Source: Welwitschia mirabilis (Eukaryota). From it: a stretch of DNA of 64,000 bases. The notes below the pieces were generated by a model. It had not been told where the DNA came from, did not search any database, and saw only the letters and a program-made list of their open reading frames with translations. Numbering within the stretch: position 1 is the first letter of the stretch; every line of letters starts with the position of its first letter. Position numbers and translations under genes: made by a program. This document shows positions 40,181 to 54,928 of the stretch, piece by piece. The stretch is taken from positions 27,397,063 through 27,461,062 of the forward strand of contig JBOZIK010000001.1 of NCBI GenBank assembly GCA_051453625.1, read 5' to 3'.

Positions 40181-40659
40181 CAACTACTTAGTAGAATCTT
40201 GAAAATAAGAAAAATATAACAAAGAAACTAGATCTAAAGGAGACAGGTGACTAGAAAATAATAAAAAGGCTTTGGGCTCTACTTGCTCTTAAAGAAAATT
40301 CTAATTAGGTTGATTTTAAAAAAGAAATTGGGTTCACAAATGATACTTCTACACTTTAATCCTTCAGATCTGGTTGATTATTTGTAAATCTAGTTAACTC
40401 ATCGAGATATAGGTCTATAATATTATAGGATCTAGATAAGCTAGTCGACCAATTATCTCTAGTTGACCAAATCATAAATCTAGTTAATCACCCTATAATC
40501 AATCACAGGATGGTGAGATAACCTTTAGTTTATTTTAAAGACCAAAAAAATTTACAAAATTTAGGAGTTCATTAAAAATATTTACCAGTTAACAATCTAC
40601 ACTAACAAAATTTATAGTAATATTTCCTTTTTCAACATAATCCTTTTAAAAATAATGTC

Positions 40660-43600
40660 TATTACGTTGTTAATTTGTGGTTATTTGATGGATTTTTACC
40701 AGCTATTTTACAAGACATTTGCATAGGTTTAGCTACAATTCCAAGGATTTTAAAGAATTAATAAAAGACCTTAGAAATCTATAATTCTTAACATAATTTA
40801 AGACATTTATGGCATATTATAATACTCATGGATTTGGAAGAAGCTTTTTAATTAAAAATTCTTGCTTCTGCTGATATGAATGATTAAAGAAGACTGTTAT
40901 CCCCTCTATCATCCCATGACGGTAAGATGATAACATCATTAGATGCTGATGTGGACTGTTAAGTCATCTATTGAGACACTTGCTAAGTTACCTTTTGTAA
41001 TGAGCTATCATCTCCATAATTATCTAGATGATAGTCAAGATGATACTAATAATGTAATCAACTCTAATAGCTGACCCTTAACTATTTCATCCATTTATTA
41101 TCTATAAAAGCGCATTTTTAGAGCGCCTTCTATTTATCTTTTTTTCTATTTTTTCCTATAAATAAGTTCCCTTTAGACTCTCTTAGCTATCTTCGTTGCA
41201 TAAAAAATTCTCATAACAGAAGATTGAAGAGCTGAAGATCCATCTTGGGAGTTGTAGAAAGATGTTCCCTTGATGAAGAGCTATGTATCCTCAATTGAAA
41301 CTTAGATATTTTGTAACCCAAATGTTGTTAATTTTTAATATAAACTTTGCTTTCATGTTTGAACACTAGTTTGTTAGATGTTCCTTATGGTTTATGTTGC
41401 CCTTGATTTGGTTATAATTTCTTGGATGATATAGATAATTAAGGGAAGCTTTTGTTAAGGCTGAAAGGAAATAGTTTAGTATCATTTTATATTACATTTA
41501 GATTAGTTTCATTTTTCATTTGCATTGCATATTTTACTTTCTACATTATTCTTTAGATTTGGTTACTTTATTTTATTATGCAAAGTAATCCAAGTCTCAT
41601 CTTATAGTCTTCAATGAAAATATAACATTTGGGTTAACTCCACTCATACTAGTGTGTTTTATCATATAATAAATCTATTTTATTTATGAAATTACAGAAT
41701 CCTTTTGAGTATAAATGCTTTCATAAATACATACTGAAATAAATTTGCATCATTACCAGGTAAGGCTACTAAGGAGTATAAGTATTGTCATTGTTTGAGA
41801 TGCTATGACATGATCAACCTAGAGAAAAAGTATTAAAGAGAAAGGTCATTGATAGAAAAGAACATTAGAGAAGGACTAGTAAACTTAGAAATTAAATTGG
41901 AAAAGCAATCTCTAGGTGCATATAATCCTCTTTCTAAATTTGTTTTTTTTGAATCAAACCCCATTTAAAAAATTCTTATATAAGAAGAAAACTAGTTAAA
42001 ATATCAAGCACTACCCAGAAACAAAAGCAAGTTGTAGGGTTCTCTACTCCTAATCCTAATTCAAACCTTACCCAAAGGGAATTACTAGCCAATAAGAAAT
42101 AAGAAATTCAAACACATTTTCATCTACTCCTGGCAGATGATGTTAAGCTTAAGAGTCTTACCTATCTAACTTTTAGTGATGAATATGAAAAGGATCCCCT
42201 TCAACATATTACAGATATAGAAAAACTAATTCTTACCTTAGGGAATGAAAAGAAAAAAATTAGTGATAGAACACATGTGGTAATATTTCCTATAACATTA
42301 GAAAGTAGAGATAAACTTTGGATAAAAACCATATCCCACAAAAGTTTAAAATCTTAAGATCAAGTTTAGGATACCTTTATCAAAAGATTTATGAGTAAAA
42401 AAACTGTTAGAAAAAGAAAAAGGAAAGTAACAAACTTTCAACAAAAATCAAATGAGGATTATGCTTTCACATATAAATGTTTCTTCATTACCCTTTACTC
42501 TAATCCAATAGATGCTTTTTTATAAGAATAACTTATTAACTACTTTTATAGTGGACTAAATCCCTATAAAAAAATAAATTGTAGACTTATTTTGTGGTGG
42601 AAACCTCATAAATCTCACATTATAAAATGCATGGATAAAATTAGAAGAACTTGTTGAGGTTAGTTAAACTTGGTTAGCATCCAAAAAAACCAAACTATAG
42701 GCCAACTCATTAAAGAATTAAAAGAAGGTAAACAAGATAAAGAGATAGATTACAACCCTAAAAATCTGATGAGAGACTTTATAACAAACTTGAAGAAACA
42801 TACATATATGGTCTTAGATGTCAAATCAACAACTAAAAAAATGTTATGCCAACTTATGACTTATGTGAGGAAAATTACCACATAATTAAAAATTATCCCC
42901 TATTACCAACATATAAAGAGAGAATACATGAATAAATTTGCACTTTTAATCAAACATCTCAAAACTTCTGAAATCAAAATCAGGCACAATCTATGTTAAA
43001 TACTCATTTTTAAAATAATTTTTAATCTTACAAAAATCAATTCCAAAATTAAAATTTTCAAGAAAGTTCATCAAACTTTTAACATCCTATTGATCAACTC
43101 ATAAAATTTTTGGATGAAATGAGAAAAAAATGTGAAACAACAAATGCAAAACTTAATAACTTAGTAAATTTCCTTTAATAGACAATGTTGGAAAATCAAA
43201 GACCATAAGCCTCATTGGCTATACAACCTTTACCAAACCCCAATAAAATAATAAAATACTATAGGATTGTATCAAAAAGTGAATAAGAAATAAACCCTCC
43301 TCTATGTGAAGCATCAACCTCTCAAAATAACATTTAAGATGATGAGGAAGAATAGGAAGACATTGAAATATTAGAATATTATTACTTCCCTTTTCTTGAT
43401 AGAAATTTAAAAAAACCTTTTTATAAAAGCAACCAACTGCTCCTTAGCTTGATAGGCATAATAACAAATTAATTTTCAATGAATGTTTTAAACTTACCCT
43501 TTTGGAAACTTTTACAACAAAAATCAAAACTATGAAAAGGCTTAACAAGAAGGAAATAAAAATGAATCATTTCTAATATACCTTTTTAACTCAATTCCTC

Positions 43601-46600
43601 ATAAATTTAGTGTTACAAAAATCATCCAAATTCGAAGATCCAGGAGCAATAATAGTCAATGTCACACTAGAGGAAAATAAAAAGATTAGGAGAGATTTAA
43701 TTGACATTAGAGTGAGCATTAATATTATTCCACTTCATATTTGTAACAGACTTGGGTTAAAGAGTAGAATAAAGCCTATTTAGATTGTCTTAAATTTAGT
43801 AGACACTTTAGTTAAGAAACCCTTAGGGATCATTAAAGAGTTAGTAATCCAAATTGAAGAGGCCTGGTAACCAATAGATGTAATTATCATAGAAGTAAAA
43901 CACAATAAAGGATATCCATTACTTCTAGGATGAGCCTTTTGTGTAATAGGCCACTGCATTATTAACATAAAGACTAGGATAATGAAGTGTCACTTTGAAA
44001 ACAAAATGTTTATAATTAAAGTTTTCAATGTATCTAAAAAATACCTAGATGATGATGAAATAAACATTAAAAGTAACATTCAATCAAATTTATTCTTGCA
44101 ACATCATTTCCTTAAAGAAAGAAAGATGATATTACATGAGCCTATACTTTATGATTATTTACATAATATTAAAAATGAAGAAATCATTAATGCATCCAAT
44201 TTAAGAATAAAAATAAATCAAAACTCTAAATTATGAGAAAGTCCAATTATTAGAGAAACACTTATACCTTAAGAAAGATTATTCACTCCATGAATCAAAA
44301 ACTAAATATCATGATTTTAATTTGAATATTAAAAATTTTTCTAGTGGACTAGAACATAATTTTATTTATAATGATCAAAATAAAACTCTTATAATCAATG
44401 AAAATCTTTTACCAAAATTACCATTAATCTTCCCTTTGACTTTCAAAATTTGTGCTTTCATAAGGTCACATAAAATTTTATTTGCTCTCCCTCTCTTTCC
44501 CTAATTAATCATATACCTTTGATGTTTTATCAATTAGTGAACATTTGGTTTGGATCTTATTTTTCTAAAAGAAGTTAACATCTTGCACCATCTAAATATA
44601 TCCTTTCTTCCTTATTTTTAATGAAAGTGTTGATTAGACTTTAGGATTTAAAAAAAATTTACTAGCTTTGATTCTTTTTTTTATTTTGTTGATTTTGATT
44701 TTGATTTTATTTTTAACTTTCTATTTTATTTTTTAATCTGTGTCATTCCTACTATCATCCCCATCACAATCTCTGTTTTTTATTTTATGCTTTTAGTTTT
44801 CTATTATATTTCCATTTTTTATTTTTATTTTTTATTTTTATCATTCTCTTTGTCATTTAGGCAATGACAAGGATGACTATTTATTATTTTGATTTTCTAT
44901 TATTTTGAGAAAATATATTTTGATGGCTTTGTTGAGATTTCTAAAGTGATCACTTAAGAATTTTAGAAAGTTAATGGACAAACATTGAAAATATATGAGC
45001 AACCATATAAATGTTTTATTAGCTTTTTCCTTTGAAGGTTATTATGACATTACTTGATTATCTTCAAAACTTGATTTATGTATTTATTTCCATAACTAAT
45101 CTTTTAACTTGGATATTTTATAGTGATAAGATTGGATTCATCTAATCTTCAGATATTCACATATCTATGAACTTCATTTTAAAGGAAGATACTTTAATTT
45201 TTATGTTTTTCTCAATGGTAAAAAGTCTTATATTGTTTAAGAGTGTTCTTTTCTATCTTTACCTTATGACTTTATCTTTATCTTTTGGAGTGTNNNNNNN
45301 NNNNNNNNNNNNNNNNNNNNNNNNNNNNNNNNNNNNNNNNNNNNNNNNNNNNNNNNNNNNNNNNNNNNNNNNNNNNNNNNNNNNNNNNNNNNNNNNNNNN
45401 NNNNNNNNNNNNNNNNNNNNNNNNNNNNNNNNNNNNNNNNNNNNNNNNNNNNNNNNNNNNNNNNNNNNNNNNNNNNNNNNNNNNNNNNNNNNNNNNNNNN
45501 NNNNNNNNNNNNNNNNNNNNNNNNNNNNNNNNNNNNNNNNNNNNNNNNNNNNNNNNNNNNNNNNNNNNNNNNGATAAGGAATGAGTAGTGTTCTTATTAT
45601 TGTGAGAGGAATTGCTTGTTTTTTAGACTCTTAGTTCTTCGACATGATCATTTCATTTCTTGAGATTTTAGTATTTGTTTTAAGATGCTAATAAGTGAGT
45701 TTATTTTTAGCAACTCTTTGGTCTAATCATTTATTATTTAAATAATTTCATTTTTAGCATCATCATAACCACTACCTTATCAAATAGAAATTTTTTATAC
45801 ATCAAGTAATGCGTTTTAAAATCAAGTGATATTATAATTTCTTTCACGAAAGTCTATTAGGTTAAAATGTCAGATAGGTGGATTATATTTTGTTTATATT
45901 ACCTACTATCCATTATTTTTGGTTTTCTTTAGTAGATCGGTTAGTTATTTCAAAGTCATTACTATACTTTCTTATCTTTTAAGGACCTTAATGATTTCCT
46001 TGCTTAGTTTTTAATAAATAGTTATTTTCTTAATTAAATAAATTTATAAATACTACTCTTAATCAATTTTTGTGGTCAAACATTTTTCTTTGTGTAGTAT
46101 TTATTTATTTTTTAAAATATTTTATCTATCTATATTTTTAAATTTGACATTTCTTTACTCAGCTTTTCCTTCATTTCTTAAGTTATCCAAATTCAAGAAC
46201 ACCCATCATCTACCTTCTCACTCCTATTTACTATATTTACTTTATTATCTAATACAGGATGTATTATTTTTCTCAGGAGGTAGGTAACATTATCATGGCC
46301 CATTTTTATAAATTTTTAAGTTATTTTAAAGCTTTCATTAGACAAAACTTTAAAAATTTCTTACACATTATGCATTGCATGTTATTTTGCTATGTGATAT
46401 GTTTTATGAGCCTATTTTATAATTTCTATATTACTTTTTTGTAAGATAAATTAGTTCACAGTTGTGATTTTTTACCTGGTTTGTATTAGGAACTGACAAA
46501 GCATAATGAAGGGCTATGTTACGCTACTAATTTATGGTTATTTGATGGGGTTTTATGAGCTATTTTGTAGGAAATTTACACAGGTTTTGATGTAATTTTG

Positions 46601-47599
46601 AGGATTTTGAAGAATCAATAAAGACCTTAGAAATGTAAAATTCTTAACATAATTTAAGGCATTTGTGGCATATTTTGATAATCATAGCTATGAAAGAAGA
46701 TTTCTAATTTAAAAAACAAGCTTCTACTAACATAAATGGTTAAAGAAGATTATCGTCCCTTTTGTCATCCCCATAATAGATAGAACAATAGCACCATTAG
46801 ATGTTAATGTGAACTATTGAATCATCTACTTAGATACTTATTGAGTTACTTTTATAATGAGTTATCATCTCCATCATTGTCTAGATGATAATAAGAATGA
46901 CACTGATAATGTAACTGACTCTGATAGTTGATTCTTAATCATTTCATCTGTTTCTTATCTATAAAAGAGTGCATTTTTTAATTTCCTTCTACTTTTCATT
47001 TTATGCTATGTTTTCCTATGAATAAGTCCTCTTTTGACTCTTCTAGCTATCTTCATTGCACTATAAATTCTCATAATAGGAGATGGAAGGGTAGGAGATA
47101 CATCTCGAGAGTTGCAAAAATATGTTCCCTTGGTTGAGGGCAATGTATCCTCTATTAAGACTTGACTGTATTGCAACCTAGATGTTATTACTTTTTAATA
47201 TAAACTCTATTTTCATCTTTGCATATTAGTTTGTCAAATGTCCCTTATGATTTATGTTACCCTTGATCTAGTAACAATTTTTTGAGTAATACAAATCATA
47301 AAGGGTATCCTTTGTTAAGGCTAAAAATAAGTGGTTTAATTTTATTTTCATTACATCTAGATTAGTTGCATTTTCCATTTGCATTGCATATTTTACTTTT
47401 TGCATTATTACTTAGTTTTAGTATTCTATTCCTTTGTGTAAAGTAATTCAAGTCTCATCACATAGTCTTTAATGATAATATAACATTTGATTTATCTGTC
47501 ACTCATACTAGTGTATTGTATTATGAAAGAAATATATTTTATTTATGAAATAACAGAATCCTTTTAAGTATAATGCCTTGTAAAATACACATCACAATA
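40660..47599 (+). mobile_element. Non-autonomous Athila-like element (gag + protease only) inserted in the copia RNase H
   Basis: LTRs at 40660-~41741 and 46517-47599; perfect TSD ATGTC (40655-40659 and 47600-47604); decayed Asp-type PBS at ~41743-41762; PPT-like aatgaagggcta before 46517. Confidence 0.9.
42150..44240 (+). pseudogene. Decayed gag and aspartic protease; no RT follows
   Basis: gag: DPLQHITDIEKL...IFPITLESRDKLW...FIKRF...NFQQKSNED. Protease: KFEDPGAIIV...LIDIRVSINIIP...KKPLGIIKELVIQI...YPLLLG*AF. Confidence 0.85.
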
Positions 47600-50500
47600 A
47601 TGTCTTAGTTTAATATGTTTAGTTCTTTAGTGCTATATAGAATGTTTAAAAATATTTATATCACTTGCGTTATCACAAAAAATAGAAACTTGTTCAAAAT
47701 TTATACAAAAGTCTTAACATTTCCTTCATCTAAAGGAAATGAACATAACAGCTCCCTACTGTAATATACTTGGCTTTTGTTATTGAAAAGGAGATTGAAT
47801 TTTGCTTTTTGCTTTTCCATCCTACTAAGCATGATCCTAATAGAAAATAATTTCCACTTGCATTCTTTTTATTATCCTTATAACTAGCCCAATTTACATT
47901 ATTGAATCCTACAAGCTCAAATGATATCTCAATTGGATACCATAAATCATAATCACATGTGTCTTTTATATATCTAATTATTCTTTTTATTACTTGTAAG
48001 TGTAATTCTTTCAGTTGGGTTTGATACCTTGCACACATACTAAAACTAAATATTATATTAGATCTACTTGCAATCAAATATAATATACTTTCAATCATAC
48101 TCCTATAAAGTTTTTGATCTACTGATTTTCATTTTTATCCAAACTGACTTTATAAGATGTTGACATTGGAGTATCAGTTTTTTTAGCATTATCCAATCTA
48201 AAATATTTGACTAAATATTTTGTATATTTATATTGAGAAATAAATATTCCATTCTTTATTTACTTAATCTATAAACCAAGAAACATTCTCACTTCACCAA
48301 GCATGCTTATTTCAAAATTTATTCTTATAATTGTGGCAAATTCTTTTGATAATCCTTCATTAGAAGAATCAAATATGATATCATCAACATAAATTTGTAT
48401 AATTATAAAGTCCCTTTTCAAATTATTAACAAATAAAGTCTTATCTACTATTTCATGAATATAATCATTATCATTTAAAAAAGTGACTAACTTTTCATAC
48501 CAAGCTTTTAGAGCTTGCTTCAACCCATACAAAGCTTTCTTAAGCCTATAAACATAATTAGATATATAAGGATTACTAAAACCTTGTGTTTCCTCTACAT
48601 ATACTTCTTCACTTAAGTAACATTTAAAAATTAACTCTTTACATCCATTTAATATACTTTGAATTTTTTAAGACTATAAATAATAAAAACATTATATTAT
48701 TATCAAGCCTTGCAATAGGAACAAATGTGTAACCTACATCAATACCTTTTATTTGGTTATAGCCTTGTGTTACTAATCTTGTTATGTTTTTAATGATATT
48801 ATTTTTTTCATCACATTTGTTTTTAAAAATACACTTTGTCCCAATGACATTTTTGTCTTTTGGATTTTTTACAAGCTTTCAAACATTATTTCTCTCAAAT
48901 TGTTGTAATTCATCTTACATGTCCATCATCCATTCTTCATGGGATTCATCTTCTTTAAATTTCTTAGGTTCTATTTGCGAAACATCACAAATGTGAGTAT
49001 AAAAATTCTTCATAGAATTTATTATCTTTATCTTTAAGCTAACTTCTTCAATAATAGATCCTAAAAGGTGATATTTTAGATCTTTGAACTTTTTAGTTAT
49101 GACTTCTTTTGTTAGAGATTCTTCATTTCCAGTAGATACTACATTAATTATGGAAGTGCTTGGAAATATGTCTTCTTCATCATTTAAAAAAATAAACCTT
49201 GCACCAACATCATTAATTTGTACATTTACTAATTCTTCTATCATTAAAATTCTCTTGTTGAGAACATGATAAGCTCTACTTCTAGTTGAATAACCCAAAA
49301 ATATAGTTTCATTAACCTTAGATTCAAATTTTCTTAGATGTTCTCTATATTTTAGTACATAACATTTATGTATAAAGACTTTAAAATATGAAACATTAGG
49401 TTGTCTCCATTTGCACAAATCATATGGTGTTTTATCCATATCAGGTCTAAGATAAACTTTGTTAATAATATAACATGTAGTGCTAATAGCATCAGTCTAA
49501 AATTATTTTTAAATCTTCTTACTATTTAACATAGTTCTTTCCATTTCTTAGATGACTCTATTCTTTATTTTAGCAATACCATTTTGTTGTGGTGTTCTAG
49601 GGGCTAAAAATTAATGATCACTTCCATTATCAATGGAATACTTCTTAAATAAATGATTTTCAAATTCACCATCATAATTACTTGTTATTTTCTTTATGGT
49701 ATACCCTTTCTTATTTTGAATTTTATTGCATATCTCAATCCAATATTTGTAAGTTTCAAATTTATTTGAAAGAAATGAAACCCATGTATATCTAGAAAAA
49801 TTATGAATCATAGTAAGAAAATAGCATTTACCACCTAAACTTTGAGTTTGAGAGAGGTATATTAAGTTCATATGAATGAGTTCTAACAACATAGTTGTAG
49901 AAACATAGTTTTTACTATTATGTGAAGTTCTTATTTATTTTCCTCTTTGGCATGCATCACATAAACCATGTTTTTCAACATTTATTTTTTAAATAACTTT
50001 AATAATGTATTTATGAATAATTATTTTTAATTGATTGTAATTAACATAACCCAATCATTTATGCCAAAGCTCTTCTTGAGCAACATGAGAAAAATAACAA
50101 AAAGAGAACGGTTAATCTATACCATAAACATTATCTATTGTATCTACTTTAAGAATAAATCATTTATTTTGCTTTGTAAAATTTCACATTTATACTTATA
50201 AAAAATGACCTTATAACCATTTTCACAAATTTGGCTAGTACTTAGTAAAATTATGATTTAAATCATTAACATATAAAACTTTATTTATTTTAGGTAAGTT
50301 ACCTCCACTGATGCTTCAGACACCTTTAATTTTTACTCTTTCATTATTACTAAAAGTAAATTCTTCTCCATTAAATCTACTTAACTATTTGAATCTATAT
50401 TTATCTCTCATTGTATGTTATAAGCACCCATTATCCAAATACTAGCTACTACCATTTGAAGCCTTTAAAGCTGTCTAAATTAAGATACTTTTTAAATTAT

Positions 50501-52127
50501 TAGCTTTCATTCACTTAGTCCTTTTAGACTGATGTGGTATACCTCCTTTTGGAATAAATTTAAATAGAAAGAAACTAACTAAATTTAAAAATAACATTAA
50601 TTTTCTAGCATTATAAAATAGCTTTAAATGATTTGACTTACCACAAAAATGATAAGTAACTTTAGAAATAAACTTAACTTACTAAGTTACCTGATTTTGC
50701 TGACTTCATGGTTTTTGGGTGATAGACCCAATACCTGACTTATCATAAGCTAGTTTTCAAATTCTAAGCATCTATTCCAATTTAGATGAACTACTGGACA
50801 ATTTATAAACAAAATGAGATAAATATTTTATCTATAAAATGGAATTAAAATTGTCAAATTTGACCTTTTTGTACTTCAATTCCATTTCCTTCTTTTCTTT
50901 AGTAAGATATTTTACAATATTTTTTAGATCATTTATGCAATTTACCAACTTTTCACATTTCAAGTACAGTTATTAACAAGTATCTTCTAGCTTAACCTAT
51001 TCTGTAATAAAGGCCCAATAGCCATAAAAGAGAGTCTTCTATCTTCATCTAAATATTGACATGAACTATTATCATCATCCTCATTCCCATTATTCCATGT
51101 TACAATGAATGAAGATGTCTTTAATTTTCTATGTTCTCTCTTATTGTTCGGGCACTCATTTGCCATATGTTCAAAGCCTTTGTATGTATAACATTAGATC
51201 TCTTTTTTTTAATCTTTATTCTTCCTGTACTTTGAGTGTTCTCTTCTTGTACCTCTACTTGGCTCACCTTCCTTATTTCTTCTATGTAATAATTTCTTAA
51301 ATAATCTTGCTAGGTGAGTAACTTTATCATCATCTAGATCTTCATTTGATTTATCTGACCTGTACTCTTCCTACACACACTTTAAATTAATACCTTTCTT
51401 CTTATCTTTAGAAATTTTAATTTATATGTTTGTAAATTACATTGGATCTCTTCTAGCACCATTATGTTGATATTATTCCTTTTTTTAATTGTTGTGACTT
51501 TTGATTCAAATCTCTTTGGAAGGAATCTCAACACTTTTCTGACCACTTTTGCTTCATCTAATTTTTCACTCAGACTTTTCATGGAATTAATGATATTAAT
51601 AAGTTTACTATAGAGCTTTTGTAAAGTTTCCTCCTCATCCATATGAATGTCTTTAAATTTTAAAATAAGCATTTAAAGTTTAACTCACTTAACTATGGAT
51701 ATATCTTCATCTGTGACTTTAAAAATACCTCATGCCCCTTTTGCATGTTTACAATTTACAATCCAATTGAATTCATCTATACAAACTATATAAAATATAG
51801 CACTAAGAGCATAAGTATCTGTGGTAGCTTTGGATCTATTGGTGGAAGTTCATTAGTCTCAGGTTTTTAAAAATAAATATTATTACCACTCACATTGATT
51901 TTCACTAAAGTAGGCATAGTATATCCTTTGTAAATAATCTCTTTAATGTCTACATCTAGTGATCTAAAGAAGATTATCATTCAGGATTTTTAATAATCAT
52001 AATTTAACCCATTAAATATAGGTGGACGACCAGTGGAAAAACCATTAGTGAAATTACTCATTTTTATGTCCTAGAGTCTAGATCAATTAAAATCTTAACA
52101 TAGAATCAACATAGCTTTGATACTAAA

Positions 52128-52809
52128 TGTTGGATCAAGAATCCTAGGGGGTGAATAAGATTCTAAAAGCTTAATTAATAATCTTCAAAATAAAAATACT
52201 TTCCTTAAAAAAGAATCGTTGAAAAACTTGTGGATGAAAACTTAAAATATTCTAAAAAATGAAAAAAAAGCATAAAAATATCAAGCAGAAGCACACAAGA
52301 TATATAGTGGTTTAAAAAAGCCCCCTACTCCACTCTGAATGATTAGCTTCTATCGAAGAATAATCTAGATCTCCCTTAATCTCATCTAGGTATTGCAAAT
52401 TTACTTGTAACCTTTACAAATGGACTTTTTTCAAAGGCTCAATCTCAACCTTAGTTTAAAAGTATCAGGAGCATAGTGCTCAGGTCTGGTTGACCCCTCT
52501 AATGTCTACCCTATCCCTTAATGATTAGTTAAGAAGTATTAGTTCTTAGGTTTAAAAGTTCAGTCAACTCCTAAAATTTCTGGTTGATCCCTCTGAATTC
52601 ATTTCATTTCTAAGTATTTGCTTTAGATGTGGTTGACCCCTTAGAAGTCTGGTTGACTCCCTTAGAAGGTAACAATATTTGAGAGGTTTCAGGATTAAAA
52701 TGTGATAAACATTACTCCAGGTTTTGACTTGTAAGTTANNNNNNNNNNAACAAATTTTGCTACATAGAAAATATTAGTTTGATACTAATTGGCAAATAAT
52801 AGTTTAACA
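52128..52809 (-). repeat. 5' LTR of the SIRE-like element (internally deleted, ~680 bp)
   Basis: TGTTG...TAACA termini; both ends match the split left LTR (21863-22075, 35679-~36300 and 37948-38673), but the middle is missing. Confidence 0.85.
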
Positions 52810-52959
52810 ATTACATCCATCATCATCATCATCATCTAATAGATCCATTTATGTGAGGGATAAGGGCTAGATGTTTATGACTACGTATCACATAACCAAT
52901 TACATTTAAAGTTATACCTATAACTTTAAAAATTATTATGTACTTATTTGTCTAGTATT

Positions 52960-53800
52960 AATATGTGTAGGCCATGTAATGAATATGAGAATGGTGTAAA
53001 GAAGTTCATAGAATTTGCAATTAAAAATTCTTTTAGTTCTTAATGCATACTTTGTCCATGTGTAAAATGCTACAATACATTTTTAAAAACATCAAAAGAA
53101 CCCTATGATTAATGTAGTGGTAAAAATATAGTACAAGGTGATCCTATTTTCATGGTGAAAGAATCCTTTATGTGCTTTAATGATGGCAAGCAAGCACATA
53201 AAGGAAAAGACATCAAGGATTTCTCAAATTTTGATAATTTTAGTGGTGATGTAAAAAAATGAAAAATATGATGAGTTAATTAAAGAAGATAAGGAACCAT
53301 TGTACCTTAGTTGCATAAAATATTTAAAGATTTCTATGATTATCAAATTAGTTACCATTAAAGTAATGAGTTGATAGTAAAGTTCAACATTCTTAATTTT
53401 GCTTGATCTATTGCATGATGTTTTTCTAGAGGATAATACAATTCCAAGTTCTTATGATTAATTGAAAAGGATACTTCACTTCCTAGGTATGAAATGTAAT
53501 AAAATACATGCATGCCCTAATGACTATGTGCTATATTAGAAGAAGCATGAGAAGTAATGTGGTGCATCTTGATGAATATTAAATAGAGGTCCCAAATATA
53601 GTAAGCTAGACAAAAGATTACTTATCAAATTATTGCAATACGTTCTATTAGTTTCAAGGCTACAAAGGCTTTTTTCATCACTCACAATAGTGGAATATAT
53701 GATATGGCATTCAAAAAGGTAGATAGATCATGGCATTATATGACATTCAATAGATAGACTATGCTAACAAACACTTTTATGGATATCTTTTCAAAAATGG
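52960..53800 (+). pseudogene. CACTA/En-Spm TNP2-like transposase remnant
   Basis: EYENGVKKFIEFA...ILCPCVKCYN (transposase-associated domain) and EPLYLSC...LLDLLHDVF..NTIPSSY..LKRIL..LGMKCNKIHACPNDYVLY; many stops and deletions. Confidence 0.85.
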
Positions 53801-54345
53801 AAAACAAGGATTTATCATAAATGTATTTGGTCCCAATAGAATAGATCTTAAGAGAAGGACTACAAGTTGAGATAGATTCATAACTAGAACATGTGCCTTA
53901 AAGTCCCAGAATAAAAATTCCTCTATCTTATAAAAGAAAGAAAGGAGAGTCAAGGTAGCCAAGGGCTCCTTCAAGAAGGAGAGGCAAAAGTAAAGAGACA
54001 ATAACTAAAGAACCAATAGATACAAAAGCTATAGATTTGAATGATCCTATTTTATAGGAAGAACAAAGAAAAATTAGAGCTACCTTAGAATAAAAAAAAC
54101 AATTAGCCCAATTTGCTAAAGAATTAAAAGAATTAGATTTCAATGAAGAGCATCCTCTTGTTTTTAAAAGGAGAAAAAAATGATAGGTCTATTTTTCTAC
54201 TAATAAGTAAACATAATGATGTAAACTTTTCTTATTAATGAAATGTTTCTATTCTTATAATTATATGTTTTAGATGGTATTTGACATTTCTCTTTAGCAT
54301 TTAGATTAATATATTAGTTAGTTAGTAGGTTAGTTAGTTAGTATG

Positions 54346-54928
54346 TGTTATGTTATGTATTTATGTAAGTTTTTACATTCAAAGAGATCCTATCATTTAT
54401 AACCAAATAGATATCTTATATAATACATCACACTAGTATGAGTGGAAGTAGACCTAAAATATCGTATTTATATTGAAGGCTATGACTATGAGACTTAGGT
54501 TGCTTTGTAAAAGAATATAGGAACCAGAAATAAATAATAAATGCAAAAAAAAAGAAGTGTAATGCACAATGCAAGATGCAACTATTCTAAATTCAAATGT
54601 AAAATTACTTAACTCTACTTGCTTTTAGCTTAATAAAGGCTACCATTGATAATCTATATCATCTAAGAAATTATCACTAGATCAAGGGCAACATAGAGTA
54701 TAAGGTTCATCAGATAATCTACAATGAAAATATGAAAACAAAACAAATTTTATATTAAGAAGAAGTAACAAGCATCTTAATTATAAAACAACTAGATCTT
54801 AATGGAGGATACACAAATCTCTACCAAGTGTACATCTTTTTGCAACACTCAATAAGGATATTTCATCCTTCGACCTCCTATCACAAGGATTTCCAGTGTA
54901 ATGAAGATGAGAAGAAGAGTCAAAGGGG
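54346..54928 (-). repeat. Partial Athila-like LTR (family of the 40660-47599 LTRs)
   Basis: Reverse complement of the ~47040-47599 LTR end; homologous to 57850-58340; ends at a gap. Confidence 0.75.

Larger units (their letters stand above)
40520..52061 (-). pseudogene. Decayed copia gag-pol (gag-PR-IN-RT-RH), RNase H interrupted at 40660-47599
   Basis: Start MSNFTNGFSTGRPPIFNGLNYDY at 52061; UBN2-like KVVRKVLRFLPKRFESKVTTI; integrase LELIHMNL...SRYTWVSFL...GEFEN; RT YGLKQALKAWYEKL...QIYVDDII; RNase H WKSKKQNSISFSITKAKY and CDNAS. RNase H continues left of 40659 as RHYF*KDYVEKGNI. Confidence 0.92.
21863..52809 (-). mobile_element. SIRE-like Ty1/copia LTR retrotransposon carrying nested insertions
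   Basis: Matching LTR ends TATAGGATCGAGAACCCTAGAGAGGGGGGAAATAGG (21863) and TGTTGGATCAAGAATCCTAGGGGGTGAATAAG (52128). The other LTR ends also match (38673 and 52809). TSD ATTAC at 21858-21862 and 52810-52814; tRNA-iMet PBS at ~52113-52126; PPTs at ~38674-38750; gag-pol and an extra ORF on the minus strand. Confidence 0.9.
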
